DNA from: Patescibacteria group bacterium UBA4787
GTDB lineage: Bacteria > Patescibacteriota > Patescibacteriia > UBA2591 > UBA4787
Direction of reading: 5' to 3'
DNA: 64,000 nucleotides
Assembly (NCBI GenBank): GCA_002402995.1
Contig: DHGX01000001.1
Location: 12,850-76,849 of the forward strand
Under the pieces are notes generated by a model. It saw only the letters and a program-made list of their open reading frames with translations. It was not told the DNA's origin and ran no database searches. Shown in pieces: positions 30,233 to 40,425 of the stretch; within the stretch, counting starts at the first letter, position 1, and each line of letters opens with the position of its first letter. The position numbers were made by a program, and so were the translations under genes.

Positions 30233-30267
30233 AAAGGGGTTGTGAAAAAATCACAACCCTTTTTTTA
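30233..30267. terminator. Intrinsic terminator, duplicated at 30650-30681
   Basis: GGGTTGTGA-AAA(A)-TCACAACCC-TTTTTT. Confidence 0.8.
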
Positions 30268-30371
30268 TTTTATTCATTTATAGACATGAAAACTTGACAA
30301 ATTTTCGAAAAATCTATAATATTTTATTTACTCTTAAAAAAGCTCATTATAAAACAAAAAGGAGAATAACC

Positions 30372-30629
30372 ATGAGGTTTCCCAAACACAGAGAGCTCCG
30401 CATTCCCCGTCCGCGAAGACTAACCATGGAAGATATCAGACTAATAACTGCCGAGGAACGAAAACTCCTAAAACAAGGAGGAAAAACTAACACGATCAAA
30501 ACCTTGCGGCTCAGGATAAAACACTTGAGAAAAGATCTCAAGGACCCGGATATCTATCCGGCTGTCCGCTCGACCATCAAAAAAGAGCTGCGACAAAAAG
30601 AAATGCAGCTCCGCCAATTCGTCGAATAA
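30372..30629 (+). CDS. Small basic hypothetical protein (85 aa)
   Basis: AAGGAG SD before ATG 30372; LRKDLKDPDIYPAVRSTIKKEL. Confidence 0.65.
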   Translation: MRFPKHRELRIPRPRRLTMEDIRLITAEERKLLKQGGKTNTIKTLRLRIKHLRKDLKDPDIYPAVRSTIKKELRQKEMQLRQFVE

Positions 30630-30666
30630 GATGAATATCGGCCGAACCCAAAAGGGTTGTGAAAAA

Positions 30667-31062
30667 TCACAACCCTTTTTTATTTATATATTTCTCGCAA
30701 AACTTTTTAACATTCGGCGCTAAAGGATATTTTTGAAAATCGTCTAACAACAGCCAAAACAAGTCGCCGAACGAATCAGGCTCGGTAATTTTCGGCAACC
30801 CGCCATATTTTAATCTGGCCAAATAAACATGGCCGCGGAAATCTTTTTCTTCCGCGCGAATATCATCAAAACCAAAATATTCAAGCCCCTCAACCTCGCA
30901 ACCGATTTCTTCTTTAGTCTCTCGTGTAGCCGCTTCTTCCAGGCTCTCGCCGTCTTTCACTTTGCCGCCGGGAAATTCATAATATTGATGTTTCTTTTTG
31001 AAAAGGAGCAGAAGCTTTCTGTCTTTTATAATCGCGCAACCGGATAAATTTATTCGATCCAT
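30667..31062 (-). CDS. NUDIX hydrolase
   Basis: Nudix box GGKVKDGESLEEAATRETKEEIG. Confidence 0.9.
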   Translation of the reverse strand: MDRINLSGCAIIKDRKLLLLFKKKHQYYEFPGGKVKDGESLEEAATRETKEEIGCEVEGLEYFGFDDIRAEEKDFRGHVYLARLKYGGLPKITEPDSFGDLFWLLLDDFQKYPLAPNVKKFCEKYINKKGL

Positions 31063-31233
31063 AGAACTTATTTTATAATTTAACCGCACACTCTATAATA
31101 TAACAAAATAATACTGTTCCGTCTAACAAAAAATAGCCCTTCGGGGCTGTTTTTTTGTATAATTAATCTTTAAAATATCCTACCCCAAACCACGTCGGGT
31201 TCGGGGTAGCCCAGCGCCCCGCGTGGTGACGGG

Positions 31234-31689
31234 CTATTTTTTAATCACTTTCTTTTTTGTCGTCTTTTTAGTTTTAAGTTCGGATGTATTTTTTATTTTT
31301 TCTTTAACTTCGGCTAAAGCTGGCTTAGACATTACTCCAACCGCCTTGATTAGGTTGTCCAATTTTATGTTTATCGCCTCCAACTGCTTTTTAACCTCGT
31401 CATTATTTTTACCTACTCCAAAACTGGAATCCACTTGCGGTCTAGGGCCAAAATCTTTTTTAGGAGAATTATCAAAATTTGATCTTGACGAACCGCGCAT
31501 TTTAGCAAAACAATCTTTACAATAAACCGGTCGATCGCCGGTCGGCTTAAAAGGAACTTGGCAATTTTGATGACACTCAGCGCAAACCGCTTCATGCATA
31601 GAAGTCTCCCTGTTTCGACCGCCAAACCTAGAACCTCCCCCGCGATTATCGCCAAAACCTCTGCCGCCGCCTTGGTTGAATCTTCCCAT
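31234..31689 (-). CDS. CxxC-x17-CxxC domain protein
   Basis: Gly/Arg-rich N-terminus; CAECHQNCQVPFKPTGDRPVYCKDCF. Confidence 0.85.
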   Translation of the reverse strand: MGRFNQGGGRGFGDNRGGGSRFGGRNRETSMHEAVCAECHQNCQVPFKPTGDRPVYCKDCFAKMRGSSRSNFDNSPKKDFGPRPQVDSSFGVGKNNDEVKKQLEAINIKLDNLIKAVGVMSKPALAEVKEKIKNTSELKTKKTTKKKVIKK

Positions 31690-31816
31690 ATATTTTTTAA
31701 ATGTTTATTAATGTTAATAATCAAACCTTTAATTATGTCGCCTATTGTGAGTATATACCTATGACCACACTTGTGTCAATGTTTCAAATATTTCTAACTA
31801 AAAACGCGCTCCAAGC

Positions 31817-33268
31817 TTACAACCTACCTAAATCAAGTTCTTTATTAAATTTAATCCCTTTTACAAAATCCGGCATATGACTAACAAGAATGATCGCGCC
31901 TTCGTATTTATTTATAGCTTTAGCTATGACCGGAATATGGCGAAAATTAATATGATTAGTCGGCTCATCCAAAATTAAAAGACCGGGTTTCATTAATATT
32001 AATCGCGCAAAAAACAACAAACCTTTTTGACCTTCAGACAAATGAGAAATCTTAGATCCCATCAATTCACCGGTAATTAAAAAACCCGCGGCGATAGAAC
32101 GCATCTCTTGAATATCTGCCCCTTCGTTTAACGCGCTTTTTAAAAAATCAAAAACCTTTTGTTCGTAATCCAAAGTGGCAAAATCCTGACTATAATAACC
32201 GACGCGAGTGTCTTCTAAAATAGTCGCGCCCTCGCTGGTGTTATCTACCAAAGAGCGCAATAGCAGACTCTTGCCAATACCGTTTGGTCCGGAGATTAAA
32301 AGTCTGTCTCTTTGTCTTAATAAAATATCTACTTCTTTTATTACCGGTTTGTGATTTTTAATTATTTTTACCGACTTAATGGTCACCACATTACCGACAA
32401 TTCCTTGAGATGGAATATTAAATTCTCTGATGGTTTTATCTTCACGCCGAACATCCACCTTATTTTCTTCCAATTCCTCAATTTCTTCTTTTAATTTACT
32501 CGCTAATTTGCGCATTTTACCGCCTTTGTTGGCAAAAAAATTTACCTTCTCTTTGTTGTCTATAATTTCTTTTTCCAATTGAGCGTTTTTCTTTATTTCT
32601 CTTTCAATTCTGTTATTTATTTCTTCCACAACGGAATAATAATCGCCGACATAAGTTTCTGTTTTTCTGGTAAAAACATCAAGATAAACCACCCCCTCGG
32701 TAAAACAATTTAAAAAATCAGCATCGTGGGAAATAACTATCACCGTCTTGTCGTACATAACTAAAAATTCTACCAAATGATCAATACCGGATTCATCTAA
32801 ATTATTCGTTGGTTCATCCAAAAGCAAAATATCGGGATTTTGTATAAGCGCGAAAGCCAATAAAATTCTCGCCTGTTGACCGCCTGATAAATCCGCTAAT
32901 TTTCTATCAATGGGCGCGGTTAAATCAACGGCGTTCATTACTTTGTTTATCTGACCTTTAATGTTGCCGGGAACGCTGTCAAAAGCTTTCGCAAAATACT
33001 CTTCAACAGTTAAATTTAAATCTTGCTTGTCAACCATTTGCAGCGCCGTGGCAATAGTCGCGTTATTGGTAATAAACACATCGCCTTTGGTAGGTTTTAT
33101 TTCCCCTTTTATCAATTTGAATATCGTACTTTTCCCGGCGCCATTTTGTCCCATTAAGGTTGTTTTCGCGCCTTTGCGCACGCAAAAACACGCTTCATCA
33201 AGCACTGGTTTTTTTTCTACATATTCAAATTTTACATTGTCAAACCTTAAAATTACATCTTCCGCCAT
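31817..33268 (-). CDS. ABC-F family ATPase
   Basis: Two ABC domains (GQNGAGKS/LSGGQ/LDEPTN and GPNGIGKS/LSEGQ/LDEPTN), no TM segments. Confidence 0.9.
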   Translation of the reverse strand: MAEDVILRFDNVKFEYVEKKPVLDEACFCVRKGAKTTLMGQNGAGKSTIFKLIKGEIKPTKGDVFITNNATIATALQMVDKQDLNLTVEEYFAKAFDSVPGNIKGQINKVMNAVDLTAPIDRKLADLSGGQQARILLAFALIQNPDILLLDEPTNNLDESGIDHLVEFLVMYDKTVIVISHDADFLNCFTEGVVYLDVFTRKTETYVGDYYSVVEEINNRIEREIKKNAQLEKEIIDNKEKVNFFANKGGKMRKLASKLKEEIEELEENKVDVRREDKTIREFNIPSQGIVGNVVTIKSVKIIKNHKPVIKEVDILLRQRDRLLISGPNGIGKSLLLRSLVDNTSEGATILEDTRVGYYSQDFATLDYEQKVFDFLKSALNEGADIQEMRSIAAGFLITGELMGSKISHLSEGQKGLLFFARLILMKPGLLILDEPTNHINFRHIPVIAKAINKYEGAIILVSHMPDFVKGIKFNKELDLGRL

Positions 33269-33453
33269 AATGTTTATTCAATTTATAATTTCAAGGGATG
33301 AGCCAAGCCAAAAATTTATTTTTGACTTGCAAAACCCGCAGAAATTTCAAGCTTTGCTTATATAAATAACGAGCCTTTGAAGGGCTCATTATCAAAAATA
33401 ATCTCATAATTTTAGCTAATTGTCAAGAAAATAAAAGATGTATAAATTTAATC

Positions 33454-33521
33454 GCTCCGAACGCTGAACGAAATCTTTACCTCGTAGTTAAACAAAGTTT
33501 ATACTACTGGGGTTCCGCCGC
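33454..33521 (+). repeat. 68-bp direct repeat, copy 1 (att-like scar)
   Basis: Identical to 37752-37819. Confidence 0.9.
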
Positions 33522-33803
33522 CGCCGAATTCTTGCCTTGCCGTAGCCTTGCGTTGTCATTCCGTAGCATTTCGCGAAGGATGGGCAAAGGCAGGTCGTGC
33601 CAGCAAAGCTGGCGCGCCGCTTCTTGTAGATTTTCTCTAACCTATACTTGTCGCGACGTTTTTTTAAAAAAACAGCCAATAAAATAAAACACCCGCTTAG
33701 AGCCACAATTGATTTCACGATGACGGTTTGAAAAAGCAACATTTTGGTTCCAAAATCACCCACGAAAAAATCTGGTATTGTCTTTATTTTATTGATTTGT
33801 CGA

Positions 33804-34739
33804 TTAAAGTTCTTTGTCTGGTACGCAACAAGTTCTAGGAGCCGGATCTTTGCATTCAGAAAGTCCAAGAAAACCGCAGCTATGTGTTTCCTCGTAAGAA
33901 CCACAGTCGGTCATCCCTATACTCTTAAACCCCTTGGAACAGGTAGCGCCATTTTGACAAGTTCCTGCCGTACATTTTGTATCATTTACCGCCATACAAC
34001 ACTTTGTTGGTTTTTTCTTGCAACACTTACCAAATCCCCACCAGCATGTTTCACAATCCTCTGCCTCCCCACAATTGGCAGAACCAACATTTTGTGTCCC
34101 CAGAGGACAATCATTGTAAGTGCACATCCCAGTAGCGCAATCGATCACTGGTTTTGAATATTCACAACAAGTGGCAGGCAGGTATTCACAGCATTTTCTT
34201 AAGCCCAAAAAACCACACGAACGGCATTGTTTTTGCGGTTGACAACCAGCTGAACCCTTATTTGTCGCTCCACTCGGACAAACTTTGTCTACGGAGCAAT
34301 ACCCATTACATACTTCCTGAGCAGACGACTCCTGCGGGGCTGTTGACTTGCAACCTTTGGCTTTTACGGCCGCTACTATCCCCGGCATCCTTGATGCCCA
34401 CTTTTCCAAGAACTGGCTTGTTCCCTCACCCCCTCCCAAGCGCTGTGTGTAATATGCCACAAATTCGGCACCGGTCACATTATAAGGCGCTGCCAATTCT
34501 CTAAATTTTTCTTCCGAGATGGATGTTCCTTTGAGACAGACGGAAATGCGTGCCACAATATACAAAGCAATCTCATCTGTCATCTTTCCAGTTGGAGCGG
34601 TCAACAAACTCCCCATCTCTTGTTGGCCAAATAATTGTGTTATATCAAATCCCATTTCGTCAGTGTCTAATTGGGCAAAAACCGTACCGGCAATCAAAAA
34701 TACTACTAAAATCGCAAGAACTAAAAATTTAATTTTCAT
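33804..34739 (-). CDS. Secreted protein with three Cys-rich defensin-like repeats
   Basis: Signal peptide; three C..G.C....C..G.....G...C....C.....C....CC units. Confidence 0.75.
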   Translation of the reverse strand: MKIKFLVLAILVVFLIAGTVFAQLDTDEMGFDITQLFGQQEMGSLLTAPTGKMTDEIALYIVARISVCLKGTSISEEKFRELAAPYNVTGAEFVAYYTQRLGGGEGTSQFLEKWASRMPGIVAAVKAKGCKSTAPQESSAQEVCNGYCSVDKVCPSGATNKGSAGCQPQKQCRSCGFLGLRKCCEYLPATCCEYSKPVIDCATGMCTYNDCPLGTQNVGSANCGEAEDCETCWWGFGKCCKKKPTKCCMAVNDTKCTAGTCQNGATCSKGFKSIGMTDCGSYEETHSCGFLGLSECKDPAPRTCCVPDKEL

Positions 34740-34765
34740 AAAATGATATATTTACATCTATAATT

Positions 34766-35161
34766 TTAATAATTTCTAGATTCCTGTAGCACTCTTACCA
34801 TTTCCTTAGCGTCAATAAAATCATTTTGAGCGTCTTCTTCGCACCCTTTTTTTCCATAAGGATCAAACGACAAATATTCACAAACATCCGGCCTATCAAA
34901 CTTAGCGCCAAGAATAAGATAACAAAGTCCTGAAAGTCCTATATGCTCGGCCTTGCACATCGCCAGCCCCTCTTCATAAGTTTTGACATCTAACACGCTT
35001 TTCTCATTTGTTTCTCCCGCTGTTTCCCCTTCTTGAGGCGTTACGATTTCCGTATCCGACGTTGGCGTCGGAGCGAGTGTTTCTTGCTTGCCGCAACCAG
35101 CGCCCGCGAGAATCAAAACACCAACCAGAATAAAAGCGATACTAAACATTTTTTTGTTCAT
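34766..35161 (-). CDS. Lipoprotein
   Basis: Lipobox-like LAGAGC; four further Cys. Confidence 0.7.
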   Translation of the reverse strand: MNKKMFSIAFILVGVLILAGAGCGKQETLAPTPTSDTEIVTPQEGETAGETNEKSVLDVKTYEEGLAMCKAEHIGLSGLCYLILGAKFDRPDVCEYLSFDPYGKKGCEEDAQNDFIDAKEMVRVLQESRNY

Positions 35162-35187
35162 ATATGTTCTGTTAATTAAAAATAAGA

Positions 35188-37557
35188 TTAATAAGTTACA
35201 TCTAAAAACGCTTTGCTTAGATTACCAACGGAAAAAGTCATGACCAAAAAATAACCCGGTTTATACATTGTCAGTTGATTACTACCTTCATCTTGCGCTT
35301 TATAATCAATCCCAATTAAATATTTTTTCACTGCTGTTAAATCATCTTTAATAATGACGCGATCAAACATATAGCGAAGCATTGCTCCACCCATATTGTC
35401 TGTCGTCTTTACTTTATTATTATACAACTGATTTAAAATTGGCAAAAGATCATTGTGGACCATTTTGCTTTTGTCATTAATCAGCTCCGCGGGAATCGCT
35501 TTTTCATAATTTATCTGTGGCCAAGTTCTGGGTGTTGCCGATGTGTCGGTGATATTTTGCAAAGGGGTATCATAAGTGGAAATAGAAGGTGCGATTGGAC
35601 ACAGGGTTTCTTTTGAATTTTTATACGAAGCAAAAACCTTTATTTTAAACTTTTTATAAAGAGCCAATTCTGGTTTTCGTTTCGTTAAATTAACTAAATA
35701 AGGCTCTACTTGCACAATCAAATTGTTGGAAATGGTGTATGGCGTCATCAACTCTGTAATGATATTGCCACTATAATTTATAATCCAATTTTTATTGTCT
35801 TTAACATTGCCACTCCCATCCAATTTCATCAAGAAGCCATCTTTATAATAAGTAATGCTGTCTAGTATAACCGATTGAATATCAGTAGAAGTATATCCAC
35901 CGGCAATAATGGCCCCACTGTCCGCAGTTGCGCGTACTGCATAATTTGTCGCCTCGCGCTGGGGATTGATTATTTTGGCCCAACTAACATTTAAATCCTG
36001 ATCAATTTTGGTCATAAAAATACCAGAACGAAATGCGTCTTGGGCTATTTTAAGAACCGCTCGAACTTTTTTATAATCCTCTCGCGATTCTTTTGTTTTG
36101 TCTTTTTCCTCTTTTGACATTTCTATTTCCCCATATTTTTCATTGTACCATTTTACCTGCTCATTGGCGGTTTTCATCTTTGCCCTATAATCATAATCAG
36201 CCCAAGTAATAGGACCCACTATTATCACCTTCTTATCAGTTGTCAAAGAAACAGAAAATTCTGTTACTGGAGCAGTAAACTCATTAAAACCTAAAGTCAT
36301 TTTTTTAACCCACTCTAAATTACCAGAAGAACTAAACTTAAACGCGATCAAATAGCCCTTCACCGGCGCTGCTAAATCTAAACTATTAGTCAATAAAGAT
36401 AACCCGCCAGACCACTGCCCCAAAACAAGATAACCTTTATCCTCTGTCCTCACTATGCCTTTAGGTACGATTGCTCCTTGACGCACTTTTTTCCAGCCCA
36501 ACTCAAATCCTCCGCCAGCTTTGGGAATAGCTGCCGCCATGTCTAGTGGTATACCTTCCATGCTTTTTGCCCATTCAAAATTAAAATCTTTATCAAACTT
36601 TACCAAGCCTGGGTAGGTATCAAAATTATATGGCAGTTCTTTTTCTGGGTTTGTTTCAGTTACGTTTCCGGTCAAGACATATCCTCCGTCAACCGTAGTG
36701 GTGAGATAGGTGACGCTCTTCCTAGAAATAAAATTTTTAATATTCTTTGACCACTGTAAATTACCAACCTGATCAAATTTTAAAACTTTAAGCGAGGCAA
36801 ATGGCATATCCTGATAAACATCAGGATCTTCTCCTCTTTTGTCGGGGTCTAGATCAAGAATATTCGCATAAAACAAAAAACCTTTGTCAGTAGTTTCCAA
36901 CAAAGAATTTCTGGCGTCCTCAACAAATCCAGTAAATGATTTGTTCCAAATCATGTTGCCATTTTTGTCTAATTTGGTGAACAAAATCTTGTTTACTTCC
37001 ACGCCTGCTTCTGATTCTGCTACGTTGATAAAACCCCAAACCTTGGAAGCCATTAAATAACCGCCGTTTTTCAATTCAATAATTGATTGTACGTCTTCCT
37101 TGCCCAATGGATTCAACATAGCCATGCCGCCAGATGCATTTTTGGTTTTCAAAAACTTCATCCACTGCACATTGCCTTGTTTATCCATTTTAGCCACAAA
37201 GCCATCTGGCGGGATAAACATAATATTGGGGTCGGTTATGCCGGAAACAATATAACCCCCATCTTTAGTTGGCCAAGCGCCATTGATTTTTGTAAACGCC
37301 AAAAGGCGGTATGATTTCAAAAAAGTTGTATTTGAAAGAGGTATTGTTTCTGCACCATTAACGCAACTTAGCCCTGCATTAACAGCCTGAATTAAATAAT
37401 CTCCGTCATTTGCTCGCGCTATATCCAATGCTGTTGCGAAATTTGGTAAAAAACATTGTTTGAAAATGGATAAATTTAGAATAACGATGACAAAAACTAC
37501 CGCCACTATGAGTAATAGGGGAAGTAAAAGATAATATTTTTTTAATGCAAATCGCAT
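35188..37557 (-). CDS. Large exported beta-propeller-like repeat protein
   Basis: N-terminal TM; repeated T.DGGY and K.D..GN..W.K units. Confidence 0.75.
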   Translation of the reverse strand: MRFALKKYYLLLPLLLIVAVVFVIVILNLSIFKQCFLPNFATALDIARANDGDYLIQAVNAGLSCVNGAETIPLSNTTFLKSYRLLAFTKINGAWPTKDGGYIVSGITDPNIMFIPPDGFVAKMDKQGNVQWMKFLKTKNASGGMAMLNPLGKEDVQSIIELKNGGYLMASKVWGFINVAESEAGVEVNKILFTKLDKNGNMIWNKSFTGFVEDARNSLLETTDKGFLFYANILDLDPDKRGEDPDVYQDMPFASLKVLKFDQVGNLQWSKNIKNFISRKSVTYLTTTVDGGYVLTGNVTETNPEKELPYNFDTYPGLVKFDKDFNFEWAKSMEGIPLDMAAAIPKAGGGFELGWKKVRQGAIVPKGIVRTEDKGYLVLGQWSGGLSLLTNSLDLAAPVKGYLIAFKFSSSGNLEWVKKMTLGFNEFTAPVTEFSVSLTTDKKVIIVGPITWADYDYRAKMKTANEQVKWYNEKYGEIEMSKEEKDKTKESREDYKKVRAVLKIAQDAFRSGIFMTKIDQDLNVSWAKIINPQREATNYAVRATADSGAIIAGGYTSTDIQSVILDSITYYKDGFLMKLDGSGNVKDNKNWIINYSGNIITELMTPYTISNNLIVQVEPYLVNLTKRKPELALYKKFKIKVFASYKNSKETLCPIAPSISTYDTPLQNITDTSATPRTWPQINYEKAIPAELINDKSKMVHNDLLPILNQLYNNKVKTTDNMGGAMLRYMFDRVIIKDDLTAVKKYLIGIDYKAQDEGSNQLTMYKPGYFLVMTFSVGNLSKAFLDVTY

Positions 37558-37751
37558 ACTTTTTATATTATAACACAATGCCGTAATTATACCACAATTT
37601 TGAGCTAAAAATTTTTTGGGCAAACAAAAGGGAGTTCCTTAGCGTTGCCCACGAATGGGCGGGGTACGCTTCGCTCCGGGGTATAAACTTCGAATCCTCT
37701 TCTATATATAATATAATAAAAAAGACGGGATATGCCCATCTTTTTTATTAT

Positions 37752-37819
37752 GCTCCGAACGCTGAACGAAATCTTTACCTCGTAGTTAAACAAAGTTTAT
37801 ACTACTGGGGTTCCGCCGC
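37752..37819 (+). repeat. 68-bp direct repeat, copy 2
   Basis: Identical to 33454-33521. Confidence 0.9.
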
Positions 37820-37879
37820 TGCCAAATTTTGCACCGTCTTTTTTATATTTTGTTTTTCAGACAAAATATAAAAATAATT

Positions 37880-39487
37880 TTACTCTCGAACAAGAGTCCC
37901 TTCGTCGACACAGTATATAATATCTCCTGGTTTGCCCATAATATATTTTACTTTCACCGAGATTTTTCCTTGAAAGTTATAGAATTGATATGTATAAGTA
38001 AACCCTTCATAATCTAATCTTACGAACCCAGAGTCATTAATTATGCCACTCCCGGTATAAGGCACGCCAGCAACAGTATCCCAAATAAGTTTATTATTTT
38101 CTACCATAAAAGATGATTGTTTTTGCGATTTTTCTGTTCTATCGGCTTCTCCTATAATACCCTTTATAGCACAGACCGAGTTTACTATGCCGGGATATAT
38201 TCCATCCCAAATTCCGCCTTGTTTTTTGACTGGCTCCGGAGCGGCGATTGGTTTGCCTTGTTGAACTGTGCCTTGTCCGCCTTCTTTATGCCCGCCTTCG
38301 GCTGTTGGTTTGCTGGGTGCAGCACCAGTTTGACTAGTATTCGTGTCGGATTGAATCGAATTTTCAACCGGCGTGCCCAGCGCAAAATAAATTTCCTGAT
38401 ATTCTTTATCCCATTGGAAAAGCGTCAGACCTTCGGTCCCCTCAGCGAAACCAATTGCCGAAGCGGCGATTTCGTTAGTTGATTGCACAGCATCCTCCAC
38501 ACAATATTTACGGGTGGTCTCATTCCCTGTGCTCGCGCCGCCGGCGCCAATACAAATGGTTCGCTTGGATACATTATCATAAGAATAATTGGCCAAAGTT
38601 TCCGCGTATTTGGCGGCCTGGTCTTTAATATCAGTTTGTTCTCCTGTCGCACTATCTTCGGGCGTGATCTCTTTCTGGCACCTGACTTCGCAACCATATT
38701 GCTTTCTTAATTTATTTGTCCAGCGGACTTTATAGAAATCGGGGAAGTCGCAAACCAAACAGGTTACATCCATGCCTTTGATACTTGGAACCGGCTCAAG
38801 CCCGCTTGAGCTGGCAGCAAAAGCCGCTGCCACTGGATTAAAAGCTACGGAATCGCTACGCGAATGAAGTATGGCGTTTAGCCAATGCTCTTCAATCAAT
38901 AACTTAGCTCCAATTTTTAGCATGGCTTCGCGGTCTTTGTTTGCAATAGCAGAATCCCCTGATGTTTTTAAGTCCGCGACGCTTCTTATAATTGGCTTAA
39001 AAAGATTATAGGCTTTAGCTTCGCTTATTAATAACGGAAAGTCGTCTGGTTGATTTTTTAGTTTTTTCCATTCTTTTTTATCTTCCGCGGCCGCGGCGAT
39101 TCTAATAGACCACAAAATGGCGGCGGCTTGATAATTTTTCAACTCATCCGGCACCGACAATTCAGCCAAATTTTTTGCGGTCGTGATGGCTGTTATTTGT
39201 ATGGAGTCCATCGTCGCCCCTGTCTTTTTTCCCGCCATAATAAAATCACCGCCTTTTTTAGCAGTCGCAATCTCCGCCAGATTGGACTGAATACCCGCCA
39301 CCGCATCATTAAATTGTTTATCAAGGGAAATGGCTAAAAAAACTATGCCAGCCAGTAGAACGAACACAATTGGAATAATTATCCAGAGTAAGCGGCGATG
39401 TTTTTTCTTACGCGCAAACTCCGCACCGCATTTTCTGCAGAATTTAGGATACCACCAGTTGAATTTGCCACATTTTGGACAGCGCAT
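37880..39487 (-). CDS. Zinc-ribbon, single-TM protein with large exterior domain
   Basis: CPKCG...FCRKCG, then a basic stretch and TM. Confidence 0.75.
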   Translation of the reverse strand: MRCPKCGKFNWWYPKFCRKCGAEFARKKKHRRLLWIIIPIVFVLLAGIVFLAISLDKQFNDAVAGIQSNLAEIATAKKGGDFIMAGKKTGATMDSIQITAITTAKNLAELSVPDELKNYQAAAILWSIRIAAAAEDKKEWKKLKNQPDDFPLLISEAKAYNLFKPIIRSVADLKTSGDSAIANKDREAMLKIGAKLLIEEHWLNAILHSRSDSVAFNPVAAAFAASSSGLEPVPSIKGMDVTCLVCDFPDFYKVRWTNKLRKQYGCEVRCQKEITPEDSATGEQTDIKDQAAKYAETLANYSYDNVSKRTICIGAGGASTGNETTRKYCVEDAVQSTNEIAASAIGFAEGTEGLTLFQWDKEYQEIYFALGTPVENSIQSDTNTSQTGAAPSKPTAEGGHKEGGQGTVQQGKPIAAPEPVKKQGGIWDGIYPGIVNSVCAIKGIIGEADRTEKSQKQSSFMVENNKLIWDTVAGVPYTGSGIINDSGFVRLDYEGFTYTYQFYNFQGKISVKVKYIMGKPGDIIYCVDEGTLVRE

Positions 39488-39491
39488 ATTT

Positions 39492-39689
39492 TTATTTTAT
39501 TAAATCATCAATGCTAACCCCAAGAGCTTTCGCAATTTTCTTGAGAGTATTAAGCGTTGGATTCTGGTTTTTGCCAGCTTCTATTTTGATAATTGTATTA
39601 TTGGCGACATCGGCTAATCTCGCCAATTTTTCTTGGGATAACCCTTTGGCTTCCCTAAGTTTTCTAAGTGTTTTTGTAATGTTTGACAT
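39492..39689 (-). CDS. XRE-family HTH transcriptional regulator
   Basis: LRKLREAKGLSQEKLARLADV...IEAGKNQNPTLNTLKKIAKAL. Confidence 0.9.
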   Translation of the reverse strand: MSNITKTLRKLREAKGLSQEKLARLADVANNTIIKIEAGKNQNPTLNTLKKIAKALGVSIDDLIK

Positions 39690-39953
39690 ACTAATATAGT
39701 AGTAGTAGTAGAATCAAAGTATCAGTAATATTACCTTTCAACTACTTTAATGTTAGACCAAAAAATAAAAATTGTAAACAGGCGGCGCATTTTGCAAAGC
39801 GAAATACGAAATTCGGCGGCGGAACGGAGCATCAAAAAACCCTTCGCAAGAAGGGTTTTTGTATTTGGCTCCCCTGATGGGACAATCTGCCTCGCTGGCA
39901 AGGCGGATCCGCCTCGCCGACGCGAGTCAAGGCGGGTTAGATATTTTTTAAAA

Positions 39954-40037
39954 TGGGCGAGAGAGGACTCGAACCTCCAAGGGATTGCTCCCACTAGCTC
40001 CTAAAGCTAGCGCGTCTACCAATTTCGCCACTCGCCC
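39954..40037 (-). tRNA. tRNA-Leu(TAG)
   Basis: GGGCGAG stem, CTAGC-TTTAGGA-GCTAG, variable arm and GTTCGAGTC. Confidence 0.95.
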
Positions 40038-40143
40038 AATTACAACATAAAATATAATTCGTGAAAAAGAAAATAATAATAACTAAACAGCTGTTCGTCG
40101 ATATTTTAATTGTAATTTTGTAAAAACCGAGCCTAGAATAAAA

Positions 40144-40227
40144 TGCCGTCGGCCGGACTCGAACCGGCAAGAGCTCACGCTCAACAGATTTTAAGTCTGT
40201 CGTGTATACCAATTCCACCACGACGGC
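40144..40227 (-). tRNA. tRNA-Leu(TAA)
   Basis: GCCGTCG stem, ACAGA-CTTAAAA-TCTGT and variable arm. Confidence 0.95.
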
Positions 40228-40297
40228 AATAATAATGAATTATGAATTAGGAATTTAGATACTGACTTCTATTTTCTACATTACTATTTTCTAAATT

Positions 40298-40423
40298 CTA
40301 GTTTATAACAACAAATTTGTAAATTTTTACAATATCTTTCTGAAGTTTAGAGGTGTCTATTCCTCTTTTTCGCAATATCTTTTCTACCAACCCCAGAGCT
40401 TTAAGATATTTTTGTTGGTTTTT
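40298..40423 (-). pseudogene. C-terminal remnant paralogous to the 823-aa metallopeptidase
   Basis: KNQQKYLKALGLVEKILRKRGIDTSKLQKDI versus ENQQKYLKSLVIVEKVLRKKGVDTSNLQKDI; no start codon. Confidence 0.75.
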
Positions 40424-40425
40424 CT

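Noticed and set aside
33488-34504. ORFs 33488-33904, 33744-34157 and 34154-34504
   Set aside because: Shadow frames over the Cys-rich gene and the repeat region with no recognisable motifs
39697-39712. (TAG)n run as DnaA-trios
   Set aside because: No adjacent DnaA boxes; it lies in the XRE gene leader
39731-40221. ORFs 39731-39994, 39750-40004 and 39994-40221
   Set aside because: They overlap the two tRNA-Leu genes and palindromic elements
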